Shown here piece after piece: positions 1 through 14,800 of a stretch of 64,000 nucleotides of DNA (position 1 is its first letter; the number at the start of each line of letters is the position of its first letter). Both the position numbers and the translations under genes were made by a program. The notes under the pieces are model-generated. The model had not been told where the DNA came from and did not search any database. It was given only the letters and a program-made list of their open reading frames with translations. Origin of the DNA: Vicugna vicugna (lineage: Eukaryota); NCBI GenBank assembly GCA_013265495.1, contig MU057640.1, forward strand, positions 1,621,303 to 1,685,302, written 5' to 3'.

Positions 1-2639
1 AAAATACACAAGCAATTATTTTCCATAGTAAAACACTGGACATCATGCATTAAAAAAGAAGGAATGAGGCACAGAAGTGAGGTTGTCACCGCAGAAACAC
101 AATCACAGAGACGAGGGTACCAAGAATGAGCAACCCGACCAGCACACCCAAAGTGCACCAGAAATCCATAAAACCATCACACTGCAGTCACCACAAAGTA
201 AGTCTGTTTAATCCAATAGTAATGCTACTTTATAATAAAGGTTATTTTTAATATTTCTAGGACTGAAAAGGTCATGAGCAAAGGCAAAGCTTTCTAAAGC
301 TTCTGAAACCGATATCCACATGATTTTTCAAGCATTAACCTGTTAACGCCTTATGTCAACAAATATAAAAGTTCATAGCTATGTGACTGTATTTCCTATT
401 TTTAAAAAACTATTTCTAATGTATTAATCAGCATTACCCCCAAATTAACAAAATCACTGAAGTTACCATTTCTTCTATAATCTAGCTGCTTCTAAATACA
501 CTAATCAAGAATGCCGGTGTTGGGGCAGGGGCAGTATTTCAAACTCAGTAAATAAGTGACACATCAATGAATGCTTTATACTTTGTCCACATGCCAACCA
601 CGCTATGGTAATAGACAATTATTAACTTTTTTCCCCCAGTTCTCCCAATTAAGACTGGGAAACTCCATTATTTCTCACATGTAATACATGCCTTAAGAGG
701 CTTACGTGAGCAGCATATGAGTATCACTAAGCCACTATCACTTACATCTTTGGTCTTCAAGTGCCACAGACCTTGTTCAAGGAGGACCATAACCATTGAA
801 GTATTTTGATGATTAAGAGATCAGACAGGGCTGGCTCTAAAAGTACTATAAAGTAGCCACATTATTCATACTCCACTTGAGATCATTTCCTTGCTTCCCA
901 AGGCTAACAGCTATGGCTCTCCATTGAGGCCTACCATCTCTGCCACTGCTTTAGGCTTTAGATCTGTTCTGCCCTCCCTTCCAAAAAAACATAGGCCTAT
1001 ATCCTATTCCCTAAGGTCCTGTCCTCCAGATAAACTACAGTGAGCTAGCATGCCACAGGCAAACAACATCTCAAGATACGACTTCTGCAGTGATAATACC
1101 ATCAACTTAACAACAGTCCTTGGAAAGCATCCCAAAATACCGGGTTGGACACGGAGCAATTTAGAGGTCTGTGAGTTCCTAAGCGTCCTGCGTGTAACAG
1201 CAGAAAGCCTTTAGGCAGCTGTCTACGCTATTTGACTGGAGCTGGGCATGAAGGTGTTACGAAATGAGCATTGTGAAAACACAGGACAAGTTTACACCAT
1301 GAAAAATATTCAATTAAAAGCTATCTGCAGAAAGCATTCAATTACCAAAGGGCATAAACACAAACAGTTCAATTCCTGACTGCCCAAGAACACATTAATT
1401 ACATACTCAATGCACTGCTTTACACGGATGTCCTACTTCATAAATTTTTAAATACTTTCTTGTCTGTTACCTCAACAGCAAGATGCTGTTAACAGCTCTT
1501 GTGAAGTTTACATTTCCCATTTACTGGTGAAGAAACTAGCAATGTATTTAAATGATTTACCCAGATTAAAACAGTAACTCGGTGGCTTTTGAATCCTAAG
1601 TCTGGGAAATCTCTATTTCATGTCACAGGCCTAATGCGTTTATTTTCAAAAAGAAGGCTCTGAAAGAATATGGCAACAATTAAAAGACTCTCAAAATAGA
1701 AAAGATAATCATTTATAACAACATTTTATGCAACTGTTAGCCCCTCAACAAAAAATGACAACTATGAAAACTGGAAAATAGAAAATGTGTAACTTAATAC
1801 TCAATGTCTACAAAACCAAGCGCAAAGAAAGCAAACACCACTAAGACATTCTCATGTAAATGAAATGCACAGCAGGCAAAACATTAGTTTTCAAATCACT
1901 AAACCATACATAATGGACCCACCTACACACATTTTCTTTTTCCGATATGCAGCAAAAGATAATGCTGGACTAGTGTTTCACAACCTAAAGATCAGGTTAA
2001 CAGTAATGAATGCCAATCAAAAGGCTTACTGTAATAGAACTAAAAAGTCCCTACAGGATAAAAGTCGGTGCTCAAAGATATGGTTACCTCCATTCCCTCC
2101 AGAAATGGCAATTTATTAAAAGAAAAATGGGAGAAGAAACAAAAACTTGTGAGAGACGTAAACACAAGCCTGAAAGGTGGAAAACCAATGTGTAACTAAA
2201 AACTGATTTAGCAAACTGGAGAAAGCTGAAACCTAACTGGTGGAGATAAAGAAAAAACCCCAGGAATAGAGTAGGAAGAAGCAAGTCTATTCATGCTGCA
2301 GAATTCCAGAAAGGCTTTCCACAGAAGGGATGAGGTTGAAAACAAAAGGAACTGGTTTCAGAGTCTGTGTAAAGGACCAATTCCCTAACCCAATAACTGG
2401 GCAATTTACCAGCATAAGTCTGGGGTTTATTCTGTATGCAGCTAATGAGAGGATCTGGCCGGACATAACTGAGACCAGGACTGAATCTCTATATTAAAAA
2501 TACGGGGCATCAAGCTAACAGTAGACAGCCAGCCCCCATCAGACTTATAGACTGGAAGAGCCTTCCCTGGAGAAACTGACCAGATGAAAGCAAAGATCAA
2601 CAGAAATTGCCATCTGGGAACTCTCAATAAAACGAAGAA

Positions 2640-3480
2640 ACAGAAAATCTAACTCGTCCTATATCTTTTCAAGAAGTTGAATCTGTTATCAAAAATATTC
2701 CAAGAAAAGAAAACTCCAACTCCAGATGATTTCACTGAGGAATTCAAACGTTCAAGAAAGAAATTAAACTTTTTCAGAAAATAGAGGAGGTGAGATTACT
2801 GCTAGCATAACAGTAATACTAAAACCTGACAAAGACATTACAACAAAGAAAAATTACAGACTCATACCCCTCATGAATAGTGACACAAAATTTTGGTACA
2901 TTAAATCAATAATATATTTAAAAGGTACATTATAAGCAAGCACAGTTTATACCAAGAATATAAGATTGTTTTAATATCTGAAAATCAATGAATGTCACAG
3001 AATAAAGGAGAAAACCTCAGGATCAGTTCAAAAGATGCAGAAAAGGTATCTGACAAAACTCAACAGCCGTCATGATAAAAATTCTCCACAAACTAGTGAG
3101 AGTGGAGAATTTCCTCAAAATGATGAAGTACAACTACTAAAACCTACAACCAACATCACACTTAAAGATGAAAGGCTGAATTGTTTTCCCCTGAGATGAA
3201 GAATAAGGTAAGAATGCTCACATTTACCACTTTCTTGTCAATGCTATCCTGGAAGTTCCAAACATTGCAATAAGGCAAGAAAAATAAATAAAAGGCATAA
3301 AGATCAGAAAGGAAGAAGTAAGACTTATTTGAAGATCATATGATCATTCTTGCAATTTCCAAGGAATCTACAAAACAACTACCAGAATAAGTGAATTTAG
3401 CGAGATTCTTGCAGAATACAAAATTGATGTAAAAATCAAGTATGTTCTTACTAGCAGCAATTAGAAAACAAACTTTTATT
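2640..3480 (+). mobile_element. Old L1 ORF2 (reverse transcriptase region) remnant
   Basis: Degenerate codons for L1 ORF2 motifs resembling EIESVIKN..PDGFTGEF, KPDKDIT..ENYRPISLMN and EEVK..LFADDMI; many stops and frameshifts. Confidence 0.9.
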
Positions 3481-3532
3481 TTAAATCCTGCTCGTGAGCA
3501 TACGAATATTGGTACGTATTGAGATATACATG

Positions 3533-3537
<5 letters not shown>

Positions 3538-3563
<26 letters not shown>
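3538..3563 (+). repeat. (CA)n microsatellite
   Basis: Direct reading. Confidence 0.95.
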
Positions 3564-3564
<1 letters not shown>

Positions 3565-3799
3565 TACATACATCCCTCCTCAAGTGAGGGAATAAACAAA
3601 GAAAGATGACAGCATAGAATCTGGAAAATAAAAGATCTCCAAAGAAGGAAAGATCTCCCCAGGGAATCCCCAAGATGGTAGTAAAGAGAAAATCCAAAAT
3701 GGCAGCTCAGCGGAGGCTCAACAGTGAGCATTTCATAACCAGCAGGACACAGAGCTCTGGCAGAGACAATGCCAAGAGAAAACTGGAACTGATGGACGC

Positions 3800-4330
3800 T
3801 CTAACAAGTTTCACCATTTGAGTCTTTACAGTTCAATGCTAAGAGCAAAATTAGCATTTAATCAGAAAGCTAAAGCAAATTTAAAACAAAGTAACCACCA
3901 TTTCCATCTCGGAGGGGAAAAGTTAAAGACAGAAAAAGTAATCACTGAATACTCTCGTGGCCAAGGTCATAAATACTCAAATGATAACACTGTAAGTACT
4001 GGATGAGGGCTTAATCAAACATTAGATTAAACTGTCACTGGGAGGATAGGGGAAGGGGAGCCAGGCAGTTAAATCATCACCTTCTGCAGGACGACGTCAA
4101 AAGGTAATGTTTAGAACTGAAAACTCAAACTGTAGGAGTAAAAGTAGATTATTTAGATATAGGGCAGTAAATGCCAAAAGAACACGGCATTTCAAATAAT
4201 TGCTCTGAAGAGAGGTAGAAAGGGTGGAGCATGGAATTTTTTCTTTCCTAGGCTATATCACCATCACTATTTGATTTACTATTTAAACTAGGCATATCAT
4301 TGCTTTGCTAAAAATTAAAATTAGGTTACA
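3800..4330 (+). mobile_element. Old L1 (L1MC-like) 3' UTR remnant
   Basis: Resembles L1MC 3' end (agtagattatttagatata, taattgctctgaagagagg) with an A-rich end. Confidence 0.6.
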
Positions 4331-6959
4331 ATTAATAAATACTTCAAATCTTAAAATCTAGTGACCAAACTTGGGGCCTCTGTCAAGGAAATATTTTTAA
4401 CTGAATTTGGTTTCTCTAAACAAGTTTACAGATAAAAATCAGTTGAATAAAACACATGAGAAATGTATATAAACAATTACAAAAAAGTAAAACTATTTAT
4501 AAAATGAAAAACAAGTAGTTCAATAAAAAATTTAGTAAAAGTTAAGACTGTAAAAACACTGAATCTATATCAAATATATCATTTCCTCATAAATATTACA
4601 AAGGATAATTACAGAGGAAAAAAGGTTTTTTTCAAAAATACTCAATCAGCATCAAAAAAAATATAATATTCCCCAAAACCTTGCTACCCACTGTAACAGG
4701 CATTTTATTTCAGTTTTTCAGCTGCCTACAGTAACATGGAGTACTTTCCAGTATTACCTAAGAGCTCCGAAGACCAGTTTCTGACTTCTCACAGCAGAGA
4801 TGCGCTGAATGGACACATTACCAAGCACTTTAAATAGAAGGATGCCAAACTCCACTCTATTCAGTCTCTAGAGGGTGATTTACTTCTGAGAAGTATCTTT
4901 TGCAAAACAGCTTTCAAGTCACAAAAATACCAGGAAGGGAAAGAAGAAAGGAGCCAGGAGAAAATATGATAAAATTTTGAAAAATATGTACAATACATTT
5001 CTAAAACACTTGCAACACTTTAGTTCCCTCCTTTAGACGTTAGATGGGAGACTTTCTGGAAACTCTGAAAAACTATTCTTAGTTCCATCCAATCAGAAGC
5101 ATTCTAATTAAATGCATAATATTAATATAATTGGCTACGAAAACAATTAAGGGAACTCTGCACATAGTTTTGAGAGTAGTCTCCAACCTGTGGGGCAATT
5201 TCTCACTGAAGATGCACGCAGTTCATGTGCTCATCCCTGTGTTTGTAATGTGTAATCTGTGATTATGCAATTGAACATTACAGTCACCCCAGGCCATTCT
5301 GTGTTTAAAGAGAAGTGTTTATGGCCATATCCTGCCAAACAACCATAATACCACTTAACCTCAGTTCAACCACTGCTTGAACGAACTTGTTAGGATGACA
5401 CTGAAATACGGATGCAAAATAAATACCAGGCCAAGGAATGTGATGTTCACATAATGAAAAAGGGCGGGGTTGGGGAATGCTTATATAATTCCCCTTGTCA
5501 CTAGGGCAGAAGGCACATGAGTATTTAAATTCTAAAAGCTGGAAATCTAAGTACAGAACACGGATAAAAATAACAAATTCCTAACTTGGGAGAAAGAAAT
5601 GAATTCCTCTGAAGGGTGGAGTATGTCATCTCAGAAAGCAGCTCCAAGTAGGTGGCAATAAAGGACAATGTTGTTTCTGGATCTATCCAAGCAAATTAGT
5701 AAGTCTAGAAACAGAAGAAAAAGACGAATCTGAGAACATCTTTTAAATATTCCGTTTAGAGTGGATTACACTAGGTTACTGATTTGAATCCATTTGCATT
5801 ATCAACAGCAACTAAAAGTCACTACCACCCGATGGCTTCCTGTGATCTAAACCCACTTTGGGGCACCAGGCTAATTCACTGTGAACAGGTCCACACAGGG
5901 AGGTGAGCCAACGCACTCACTCTCATCTGTTGGTCAATCATCAAATACGTATTGGCCAAAAAATGTCCTTTAAAAAAATGCTTATAAATTAAAAACCAGG
6001 AATGAGATAGTATGATAATATCTGAACTGTGATTTATCATAGGTCTTCTCACATCTTAATAAGATACAGAGTTCAGTCTGAAAGGCCAAGAGTCCACCAA
6101 ACGATCTGTTTCAGCCATTCAGCCACCATACTTCAGGCCTGAACAGAAGCATTACAGAAACCCAGTAAAGGATAAGAAACTGACACCACCACATAGGCTC
6201 CAGATTATGCCATTTAGACCTCAGTTTTATTTTATCATTCAAGTGAGATGAGATGCAAGATTACAGAGACTATGTGAAACTGTATCTTTCCCAGAAGTCC
6301 ATTTTTAACGATCACTGTTGAGAAATAACCACTCATGGCCCCTTAAAACCTCAACTATGCCTAGAATGAAATTATAAGAACATACATTTCAATGAGTTTA
6401 AAAAACGTTGGGGCTGCCTTCTGATACTTCATTTTAATCTTTCACTTGTCGTGAATAAACAAACCCTTCCAGAAACGCCCTCCTTATTACTTAAGGTAAG
6501 GGGAAGCATTACTAGAACTCCATTTCGCAATTCATCTAGATTACCGCTGCCGAAGGTTCTCGCAACTATTTCTTATTCATGCTTATGTTACTCAGGACTG
6601 AGGCTGATTAAGTATCAAGTGAACTATGTGACTAATGAGGAAAAAGCATTATTTTGTCAGGGTCAAGCTGTTAGCTAATAAATAGAATTCAAGATCAACT
6701 TCCCATTTAAATAATCTTTTTCACTCCAAAATATCATGCTTACTATTCAATTCAAAAAGCATTTGCCTTTATAATATCACATCAGTACACTGCTTTTATT
6801 ATACTTTCTACAAAATGGATACTCCAGAGCATGAACTACTTCTGCATATGTTAAATTATTACTGGTATCAAAAAAATGAAATACATAAATACAAGTAACT
6901 TGGGAAGTAAACTGTGGTGTCATAGCTACAAAGCATCATCTATGATTCAGTGAAATTCT

Positions 6960-7165
6960 GACATCATAGTTGGAAGCAGGACCTCTAAATCCTATATCCA
7001 CAACTAATCTTGGACAAGTGACTTGAACCCTCTGGTTCTCCATTTCTAAATGCTTCGCCTGGAAAACACCACCAATCGCACCGGGGTACGGAGAAGAAGA
7101 AATGAAACCATGTGTGAAATAAGCTCTCAGCACAGTGCCCAGAGAAGCAAGCACCAGCCATTACC
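6960..7165 (+). mobile_element. MIR SINE
   Basis: MIR core cttggacaagtgacttgaaccctctgg and 3' gctctcagcacagtgcc. Confidence 0.75.
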
Positions 7166-7489
7166 GCTGCACTGTTGTTTTTACTGGAGGGAAGGTACGC
7201 TGTAATCACCCCTAGAGGAGTTAAATTCAGTGAAACACACCCTAGTCTTTAAAAGTCTATCCAAATGGTGAAATAAGAATATCAGAAAAATAAAAGAAAA
7301 TATACAAGAGCATATGAAAAAGTTCTCCAAGGTCTAGTATATTCTACCATGATTTTTTAAAATAAGGTCTAAGTTCTATTTTGATTGGAACAACGTCTAA
7401 GATTTTATACACAAGACATTTACTACTTCATCTCCCAACATCTTGAATACAGAATAAATCTTTTAATAAGGATTAACTGATGTTTTCAG

Positions 7490-7810
7490 AAGAGCTCAAA
7501 ATATTTATTTGCATTTTTTATAAAAGTAAAAAAGTGGAAAACAGGCTGAATGTCCATCAATTTGGAAATGTATGAAAAAAATGCAGCTATATAAGGAACA
7601 AAAGGGATTCATATATCCTAATATGGAATGATCTAAGACATGTCAAATTTTAAAAAAACATATAAGACTATTTATATTAAGAGAACCAAAAAAATAACTC
7701 ACATTACATGCGTACATATTTATGCACTTAAATGCATACACAAAGGACTGAAGTATGTGACCAATAGTGACCTCTTGGTTTTACTCTGCATAATTCTGTT
7801 ATTTGACCAT
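7490..7810 (+). mobile_element. Old L1 (L1ME-like) 3' fragment
   Basis: aaagtggaaaacaggctgaatgtccatcaa L1 motif. Confidence 0.6.
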
Positions 7811-7894
7811 TTCAGTGAGACTGTGTAATTTATGAACCCCACAGAAAGTGAGCCAATAACTACACTGGCTAAAATCAAGTAAAACAAAGTTCTG

Positions 7895-8105
7895 GATAGC
7901 ACTTTATAGTTTACAAAAGGATTTTGTAATCTTTTCAATAAATCCCTTAAAATCCTTTAACACATTATCTAATTTGATCCCCACAATAAGTTTCTAGAAT
8001 TTAACGTAGTATCCTTCCTTTAAAAGTGAGAACAGACTCAAGTATCTATTAGTAAGTGCAGAGCCAAAATGAAAACACGGTTCCCTGACTCTTAATTCAG
8101 TGCTG
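7895..8105 (-). mobile_element. MIR SINE
   Basis: agcactttatagtttacaaa..cacattatctaatttgatccccacaa (MIR reverse). Confidence 0.65.
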
Positions 8106-8199
8106 AGCTTCTTATGCTACAGTCCTTCCATAAACTGAAAATGCTGGCATCTACATCGAGACTCTCTAAACCTCTGCAGTGTCTCCCTTCACGTGAAAG

Positions 8200-8620
8200 T
8201 TTGCGGTGTGGAGGTAAAGGCATTACAGTGGGAGTCACAAGACCTGGGTTCTAGTCTTGACCACATCACCACTAAGACTTCGCAGTAAGTCAAACTCTTC
8301 GACCATGATGTTATGGCTGCACAGGAGATTCAACAGTGATGCTTTAAAGAAAACAACAAAAAACAAAAAAACTAATACCCACACCTGGCTCCAGATTAGG
8401 ACTTAGCTGGTCTGGGGCATTACTACACTTGTTAAAAGCTCCCCAGGTTATTGTAAGGTGGCTTGGTTAAGGCCAGAGCTTTAAGATTTAACATTATTAT
8501 CTGATAAAAAATAAAAGCTATTAGAAGTCACATGCTACATACTCCGCAGAGTTAAATGAGGGATAATGTTATCATACATGGGAAAGCCTTTTATAAACAG
8601 TAAAATGCCTTACAAATGTA
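8200..8620 (+). mobile_element. MIR interrupted by a MER5-like hAT fragment (~8330-8480)
   Basis: gggagtcacaagacctgggttctagtc start, gagttaaatgagggataatg end; internal aaaagctccccaggttatt is MER5-like. Confidence 0.55.
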
Positions 8621-8904
8621 AAGCATGGTTATTTATTCCTTCCAAGGTACCACATCTTCTGTGGACCAGGCATGGGCTGGGATGGAGAGGAAAGGCATCA
8701 TCCTCAAGGGGCTGGGAAGCTGACACATCCTCAGATAACAGCCGAGCAGGTGGTGCTGAGCAGCCCAGACTTGGGGCACGGAGGTGTGGACGGGTGACAG
8801 TGGGAAGGGGGCTGAGAAAGGGCTGTGCAGAGCAGACCCGTGGGCTAGGTCTTGGCATTCTAGACGGGGGGCACATCACACCCAGGCAAGGGGCTCAGGA
8901 TGAC

Positions 8905-9571
8905 CAGAGGTCCTCAGAGAAAGGTCTTGGGCCCGTAGGGGTCCTGGAGACCCCTTCAGGAGGCCTGTGAGGCTAAAACTCTTCATAACGATCCTAAGAC
9001 ACGTCACCACCAAAAAACTAGAAACAACCCAAATGTCCTCCAACTGTTAAACAGACAAACCGTTGTCTGTTCATACACTGGAGTCGGTCAGCCATTAAAA
9101 GGAACAAATCACTGATATACACAAAAGCATGGACAAATCTCAGATGCATTATGTTAAGTGAAAGAAGCCAGATTCAAAAGGTTACAGACTGTCCGATCCC
9201 ATTTATGTGCTATTTGGGCAAAAGCAAAACTGTAGGGCTACAAAAGAGGTCAGAGGGTGCTGAGGCTAAAAGCAGAGGAACATTCTGGGGTGATGGAAAT
9301 GTTCTTTGCCTTCATTGTGGTTATACAACCATACGTGTTTGTCCAAACCCAGAGAACTGTACACCAAAAAGGGTGGACTACATTGTATTTAAGTTACACC
9401 TCAGTAAACCCAGCTTTTCCAAATAGTACCCTGCTGCTATCTGCTTTTCTCACTCTCATTCTCTCCTAAGTGTACCATGTTTCCCAGAAGCTGCATGACT
9501 GATGAGGTCATCACTCTGCACTAATTTAATGGTATAAAAGGTTTCTGAGACCAAAAGTTTGAGAACCACTG
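8905..9571. mobile_element. hAT-Charlie-type DNA transposon remnant split by an L1 fragment
   Basis: Right end aaaagtttgagaaccactg is the reverse complement of the typical cagtggttctcaaa TIR; degenerate left end cagaggtcctcaga (11/14 match). Confidence 0.55.
9010..9425 (+). mobile_element. L1 (L1MC/ME-like) 3' end
   Basis: ctagaaacaacccaaatgtcc, atgttaagtgaaagaagccaga, ggggtgatggaaatgttct. Confidence 0.85.
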
Positions 9572-12500
9572 CTGTAGGTATCAGGGAGGCCCTGAAGCGT
9601 TCTAAGCAGAAAGTTAACAGGGTCCAGCCTTACAGAGAAGAGCGGTGCAGGGAAATTAGTGAAAAAGTTACTACAGAGGTCTGAGTGAGGCTGATCCCGG
9701 GGTGCACAGAAAAGAAGTCATGTCCACACATCATTTGTAGCTGGTTATAGATCCCAAGCCAGCTTCTCTTTGTTGGTGTGTTAATATTTTACACACTAAT
9801 TTCTTTCAGTAATTAACTAGTAATACAGTGAGGAAAGGAAATCTGCCACAAGAGCCACCCTACAGTGCATCACTAAGCGGCTTTTTAAGTGTTCACTCAG
9901 TTGCCATTGTCCCTCTTCAAAAGATGCCAGTAACTTAAAAGTCGAGTTTTATATATTTCAAACCTGAAAAGTAACCATACTAAAGAGGTACAAAAATTAA
10001 TTTAGAAGTGACTAAATACCTCAAAATCAATCGGGAAAATTAGGTAACCGATTAAAAAGTCAATTTATTACTTCTCTGAAATGTACTTTCATTTGTGTCC
10101 AGCAACACTATGACAATCCCAACTCGGCACAATTTCTCTGGCAGTGTGGTTTCTTTGGATTTGGGTTGGGGGTGGGGGTGTTGTTTATTTGGTTTTTGCT
10201 TTGCTTTTGGTCTGCACAGTTCCCTTTCTTCCTGGAGAAAATTCATTTCTAAGTACTAGCCCTGTAAATCCCAAATTATTTCAAGTATACATCTTTTTCT
10301 AGAATCTCCTCATGTCCAAACTATTACAGAACTGTGGGATGCCACATATAGAGAAATTAATCTTAAAGCCATCCATGTCTTTACATTTTAAATAAATAGA
10401 AAATAGATGACAGATTGATCAGAGGAAGGAAGCAGTAGGTATTAAAAGGAAGACTTCCTCTTCCTAAAAAAAACTTAAGTACAGTTTTACAAGCCATTTT
10501 GAATGAACATGTGTGTGCGTTTTAATTGTCATCACACATTGCTTCTCTAATTGTTTTAAGTAGCCAGCCCACTGACACCTCTTAGGTAATCCCAGACAGG
10601 TGGAAACCTACCTAGAGAATTCAACTTGTCACCTTTAAAAAAATTCACCTATACATCTATTCGTTTGAAAGAGGGCAGGAGGAACCCCAGACTCCTGCCA
10701 AAGGAGCCGTGCATTATTAAGATAAAGTAAAATTAGACCTTTACCTGAAAGTACAGTCCTTTTCATCTACCTCTGATATACAAAAATCTTGGGGAATTAG
10801 TTTACAGTCAGTACTATAGGAGATTCAAATTTGAAACTGAGTCTATGGATTGAAGAGGGGAAATAATTAATGTGAAACATATGCAAAATGAAGATTAAAA
10901 ACATCAATCTGATCAAAGATGAAATTTCTGTACACTTGTTAAAGCCAAATGGTTTCTGCAGGAAACCTGTTTTCTGTAACTCAAATCCAAAATGAACGTG
11001 GGTGGTTCTTCCTGTCTTACCATTAAGAGTCAGCCAATTGGCTGATGAAGTTTTCACACAACTTAAGCTCAAACACTAGCCTCCCATCTGCTCTAATACT
11101 GTCATACCTTAGTGAAACGAAAGAGGAAAAGGCTTTCTGCAGCCTCAAAGGCGTATACCTTGGGCTTATTCTGTCTAGACCATATTTGAATAAACTGCCA
11201 GGTTCTTCAAAACTTCAGATCCAGAAGATGTGAAAAATGAGAGCTGAATCACAAAATCATACAGGGGCTTTAAGCTATCACTCACTTCTGAGCTATGATG
11301 TCTGAAAAAAGACCCTTTGGGTACTGAGCTATGATAGCGTATCTGGGGACAGGGGCTTCCAGCCCGGTTATCTTAACCATAGCTCACTTATTCGCCACTC
11401 ACAAGGCACTCACTATTTGCCAAATCATGCCTGCCAACAGATACCATATTTGAGCTTCTAAACATGTAAGTCTGCGAGATTGGGATATGAATCCATCACT
11501 GCTGGGTATTCTGCACGTCTACCTAGAGCTAGTGAACTAGCTCGTGTGATACAGACCTAAGTAAAAACACACACACAACAGCATGCCTTCCAAAAGAGAA
11601 AGCCCACGGGTCCACGAAACTAGCATGGGAAAATAATCGCTTACACACTTCCAACAGCAGCCTCCCTAAGTGGACATCTGCAGTCAATGGAAAATCTGCA
11701 AACATAAAACAATTAAAAATTCAGATGGCTGCTTCCAACATTAACACAAGGACTCCAAGTTCCGGTTCCTGAAAATTGCAGGCCCAACTTGAAAGTTCCT
11801 CATGTCTTAGGAGGTTGTCTGAAAAATGCCCAGAGGCTCACACAGTCCACCCTGCTTAGGAGAGAAGAGCTTTTTATGAACCACCAGTGACTGTCCAGCA
11901 AGTTCTTCCCTAACAAGTCCTCCAGAAGTCACTCAGGAAAACCCGCGGGGACCAGACTGAAGCCAAGGGAAACTGGCTTCCACAATCGTCACCTCTAGGG
12001 AATTGTTTTGTGAGGAGACAATGAAACTGGAAATATGCACGTGATTTGTACGTTTAAATTTTAGAAAATACATTACTAAGCAGATTATGAGCAAATACAG
12101 ATCCTAAGCTCTTAGAACTGGAAGAGACCCCAGTAGCCCATTATCACTGTGAGACTCACTTCACAGATAAGGTGAAGTCCCAGCCTAGTGCCCTCCCTGT
12201 CACATCCTGCTCTCTAATCGGCTGCAGAAACAATATTTTGGAGCATATTTTAAAATCAAGTTACAACGAGTGCATAATAAACATCCCATTTAACCATGCG
12301 TTACAAAAGAAACGATTAACATCAAAGATTAAGAAGTAAAAACCCTCAGAGTACTCCCTTCTGGGAAAGGGTGCGATGGGGTTAGTTGTCTTTCTCCACG
12401 TAAGTATGGTCTAATTTTACGGTCAGGAAAAGAATATGTACAAATCATATACACAAATCATCTCTCTCTCTCTGTTTTTTAAAACTGATCACTTCCAAGC

Positions 12501-13879
12501 CAGGACCTCTAGCAAAAAGATACAAATCGTGATGTCTTCCTTCTTCCACTTACACAGAAGGTCGAAATGACAAAAACAGCAATCCTATCTTCTCAAGCTG
12601 AGGTTTAAAATATTTTCTAAAAATTTACACTGCAGTATAATTAATTTCCCCAATATAATGTATTTGCCTTCAAAACAGATCAAGTAGACCTATTTCCCTG
12701 TTACAGTTTTAAAATTCTTTTTTTAACACTCCTAAGACAATAATAACCTAATGTGTTCTTTCATTCTGTTCACTTCCTCAAATTCCAAATGACAATTCCT
12801 CAAATAGGCACATTTTTGAGGGAAAAAAAAGCCAAATACATAAAAAGAGAAGGACATAAATAATTTGAATAATATGAAATACCTGCATGGACTTTTGGAA
12901 TTTTAAAAATAAAACATCAATCTCTAAACAAATTCATAATTGCTCCCTGGGTTACTACCTCCAAAGCTAAGTTTATATACTCCTCTCCTATTAAGGATAC
13001 TACAGTGAAAATTTGTGACAAAAATTAGTACCAATTCTGCCATTAATTTAGTTACATAATGTTGGATGTAGCATTTCAGCTTTAGGCTTAAGCTTAAATA
13101 AAAAGTCAGAATACTTGATTTCTAAGGTATTTTCTAGGTTTCTTAACATCTTCCTAAGACATTAAGTATCCTCTTTATTTCCTTTGAATTTCTGAAGTCG
13201 GATATCTCTTTAAGTAATAAAAATAAGCATTTATAAACTACATTATGTCCTAGAACTTCCTAGGAGGCTACCACCAGGCTAGCGAAGTGACACTTTTAGA
13301 AGAGTATAGATTTCATCTGCACAGAACGTATCTCCTTGTCTCGTGTTGTGGCTTTTCCAAAAAGGTTCAGAAATGGATGATCACATCTGGATGACTCTGC
13401 CGAAGTGCCTTCCTCTCTGCGGAGGCTCTGATTCCCTCCTCCTCTTGCGCCTCCTACCTCAGTACCCTGAGACTCTGAAACCTGCCCCCTTTTTTTTTGG
13501 CCTCAGTGTTGAAAATGAAAACCTTCTAAGTCAATTATGTTTAAAACCAGCTACCGTCCAAGTGAGTACTTGAGAATCTCTGTGTGCATTTTTATCACTT
13601 AGTAATCTAGATTCTAATACCTAAAGAAGTTGTTCCACTGATTCAAGCTAATGATTTTTTTCATCTGAATCCGAGCTCCTCTTTTATTGCCAAATAAGCA
13701 AGGAGGTTCCAGAATACTGTTATGTAACACAAGTCACACACCTAAAATAATTTATTTTCTCTGTATACCAACTGAAGATTTTGCCACCCTCAATGAGGTC
13801 ATGAATAAAATAATCACTGGGATTGAGAAGCTGTCATTATACTAGTAGGAATCCTACAGTATAGCCGCTCCTGCCAAGT

Positions 13880-14225
13880 TCATTCATTCAACATAAATTT
13901 ACTGAATACACACTATGGACCAGACTTCCTGCCAGGGATACACAAACTGACAAAAGTCTGCCTTCGTGGAGCTTGGAGTCTAGTGGAGAAGATACACAAT
14001 GAACAATAAACAGAGTACACAAATTATATAGGGGACGCACATAGAATGTTATAGGGGATCTGTGCTACTAAAAAAAAAAAAAAAAAAACGCCAGGATGGC
14101 AGAACAAGGGGATTCAGGAACGGAGGGAAGATGAGTCGCAATCTTAAAAACAGAACGGGCCAGGGTACAATTCACTACAAAGGCAGCTCTGAGCAAAGAC
14201 TTGAAGAGGGTGAGAAGTGAACCAG
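13880..14225 (-). mobile_element. L2 3' end
   Basis: cattcattcaacataaatttactgaa terminus and ctgccttcgtggagcttggagtctagtgg. Confidence 0.8.
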
Positions 14226-14659
14226 ATTTAATTTTTCCCAGTAATTTTTACCTTGTACTGAGTATGCATGTAATAACAAATGCCTTTTCAGAAGAATTGT
14301 GTAAGAGCAAACGTATGAACAGCCCAGGAGAGTAAACAGAAGAGAGCTGTGTAAGCCCCCTGTATTTCTGCAGCTCTGTCTACCACGTGAAACGTACATC
14401 CTCCATTAGGCATGATCACTCTGTGCCCCACCAAAGCCCAAGGCCGTTCTGAGCAAAATCCTTACCTCTGTGATTCACATTCCTCAAAACTCAAGCAGAA
14501 ACGTCCAAGCATTCGTATTACACAAAAAAGCACCCATGTTATCCAACCAACAACCCCACTGAGATGGCCCAACGACAAGTTGAGACTTCAAATCGCAGTA
14601 CGGGAGCCCAGGCAGCACTGAGCTTTCCCCGCTGTGGTGAAACCTCTGCTCTCCTAGAA

Positions 14660-14800
14660 GGTTCAGTGGGAAAAGACTGGGCTGTGAAATCGGGAGGCCT
14701 CACCACTAACCAGCCTTAGAACCTTGAGCAAGTCACTTCACACAGTTTTCTCAACTATAAAATTAGGGTTCTGAACCAAGTGATTTCTGAGTCCCTTCTA
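14660..14800 (+). mobile_element. MIR SINE
   Basis: accttgagcaagtcacttca..cagttttctcaactataaaatt core. Confidence 0.7.

Noticed and set aside
13323..13485. Exon-like purine-rich segment on the minus strand
   Set aside because: No polypyrimidine tract before the AG and no convincing donor or reading frame.
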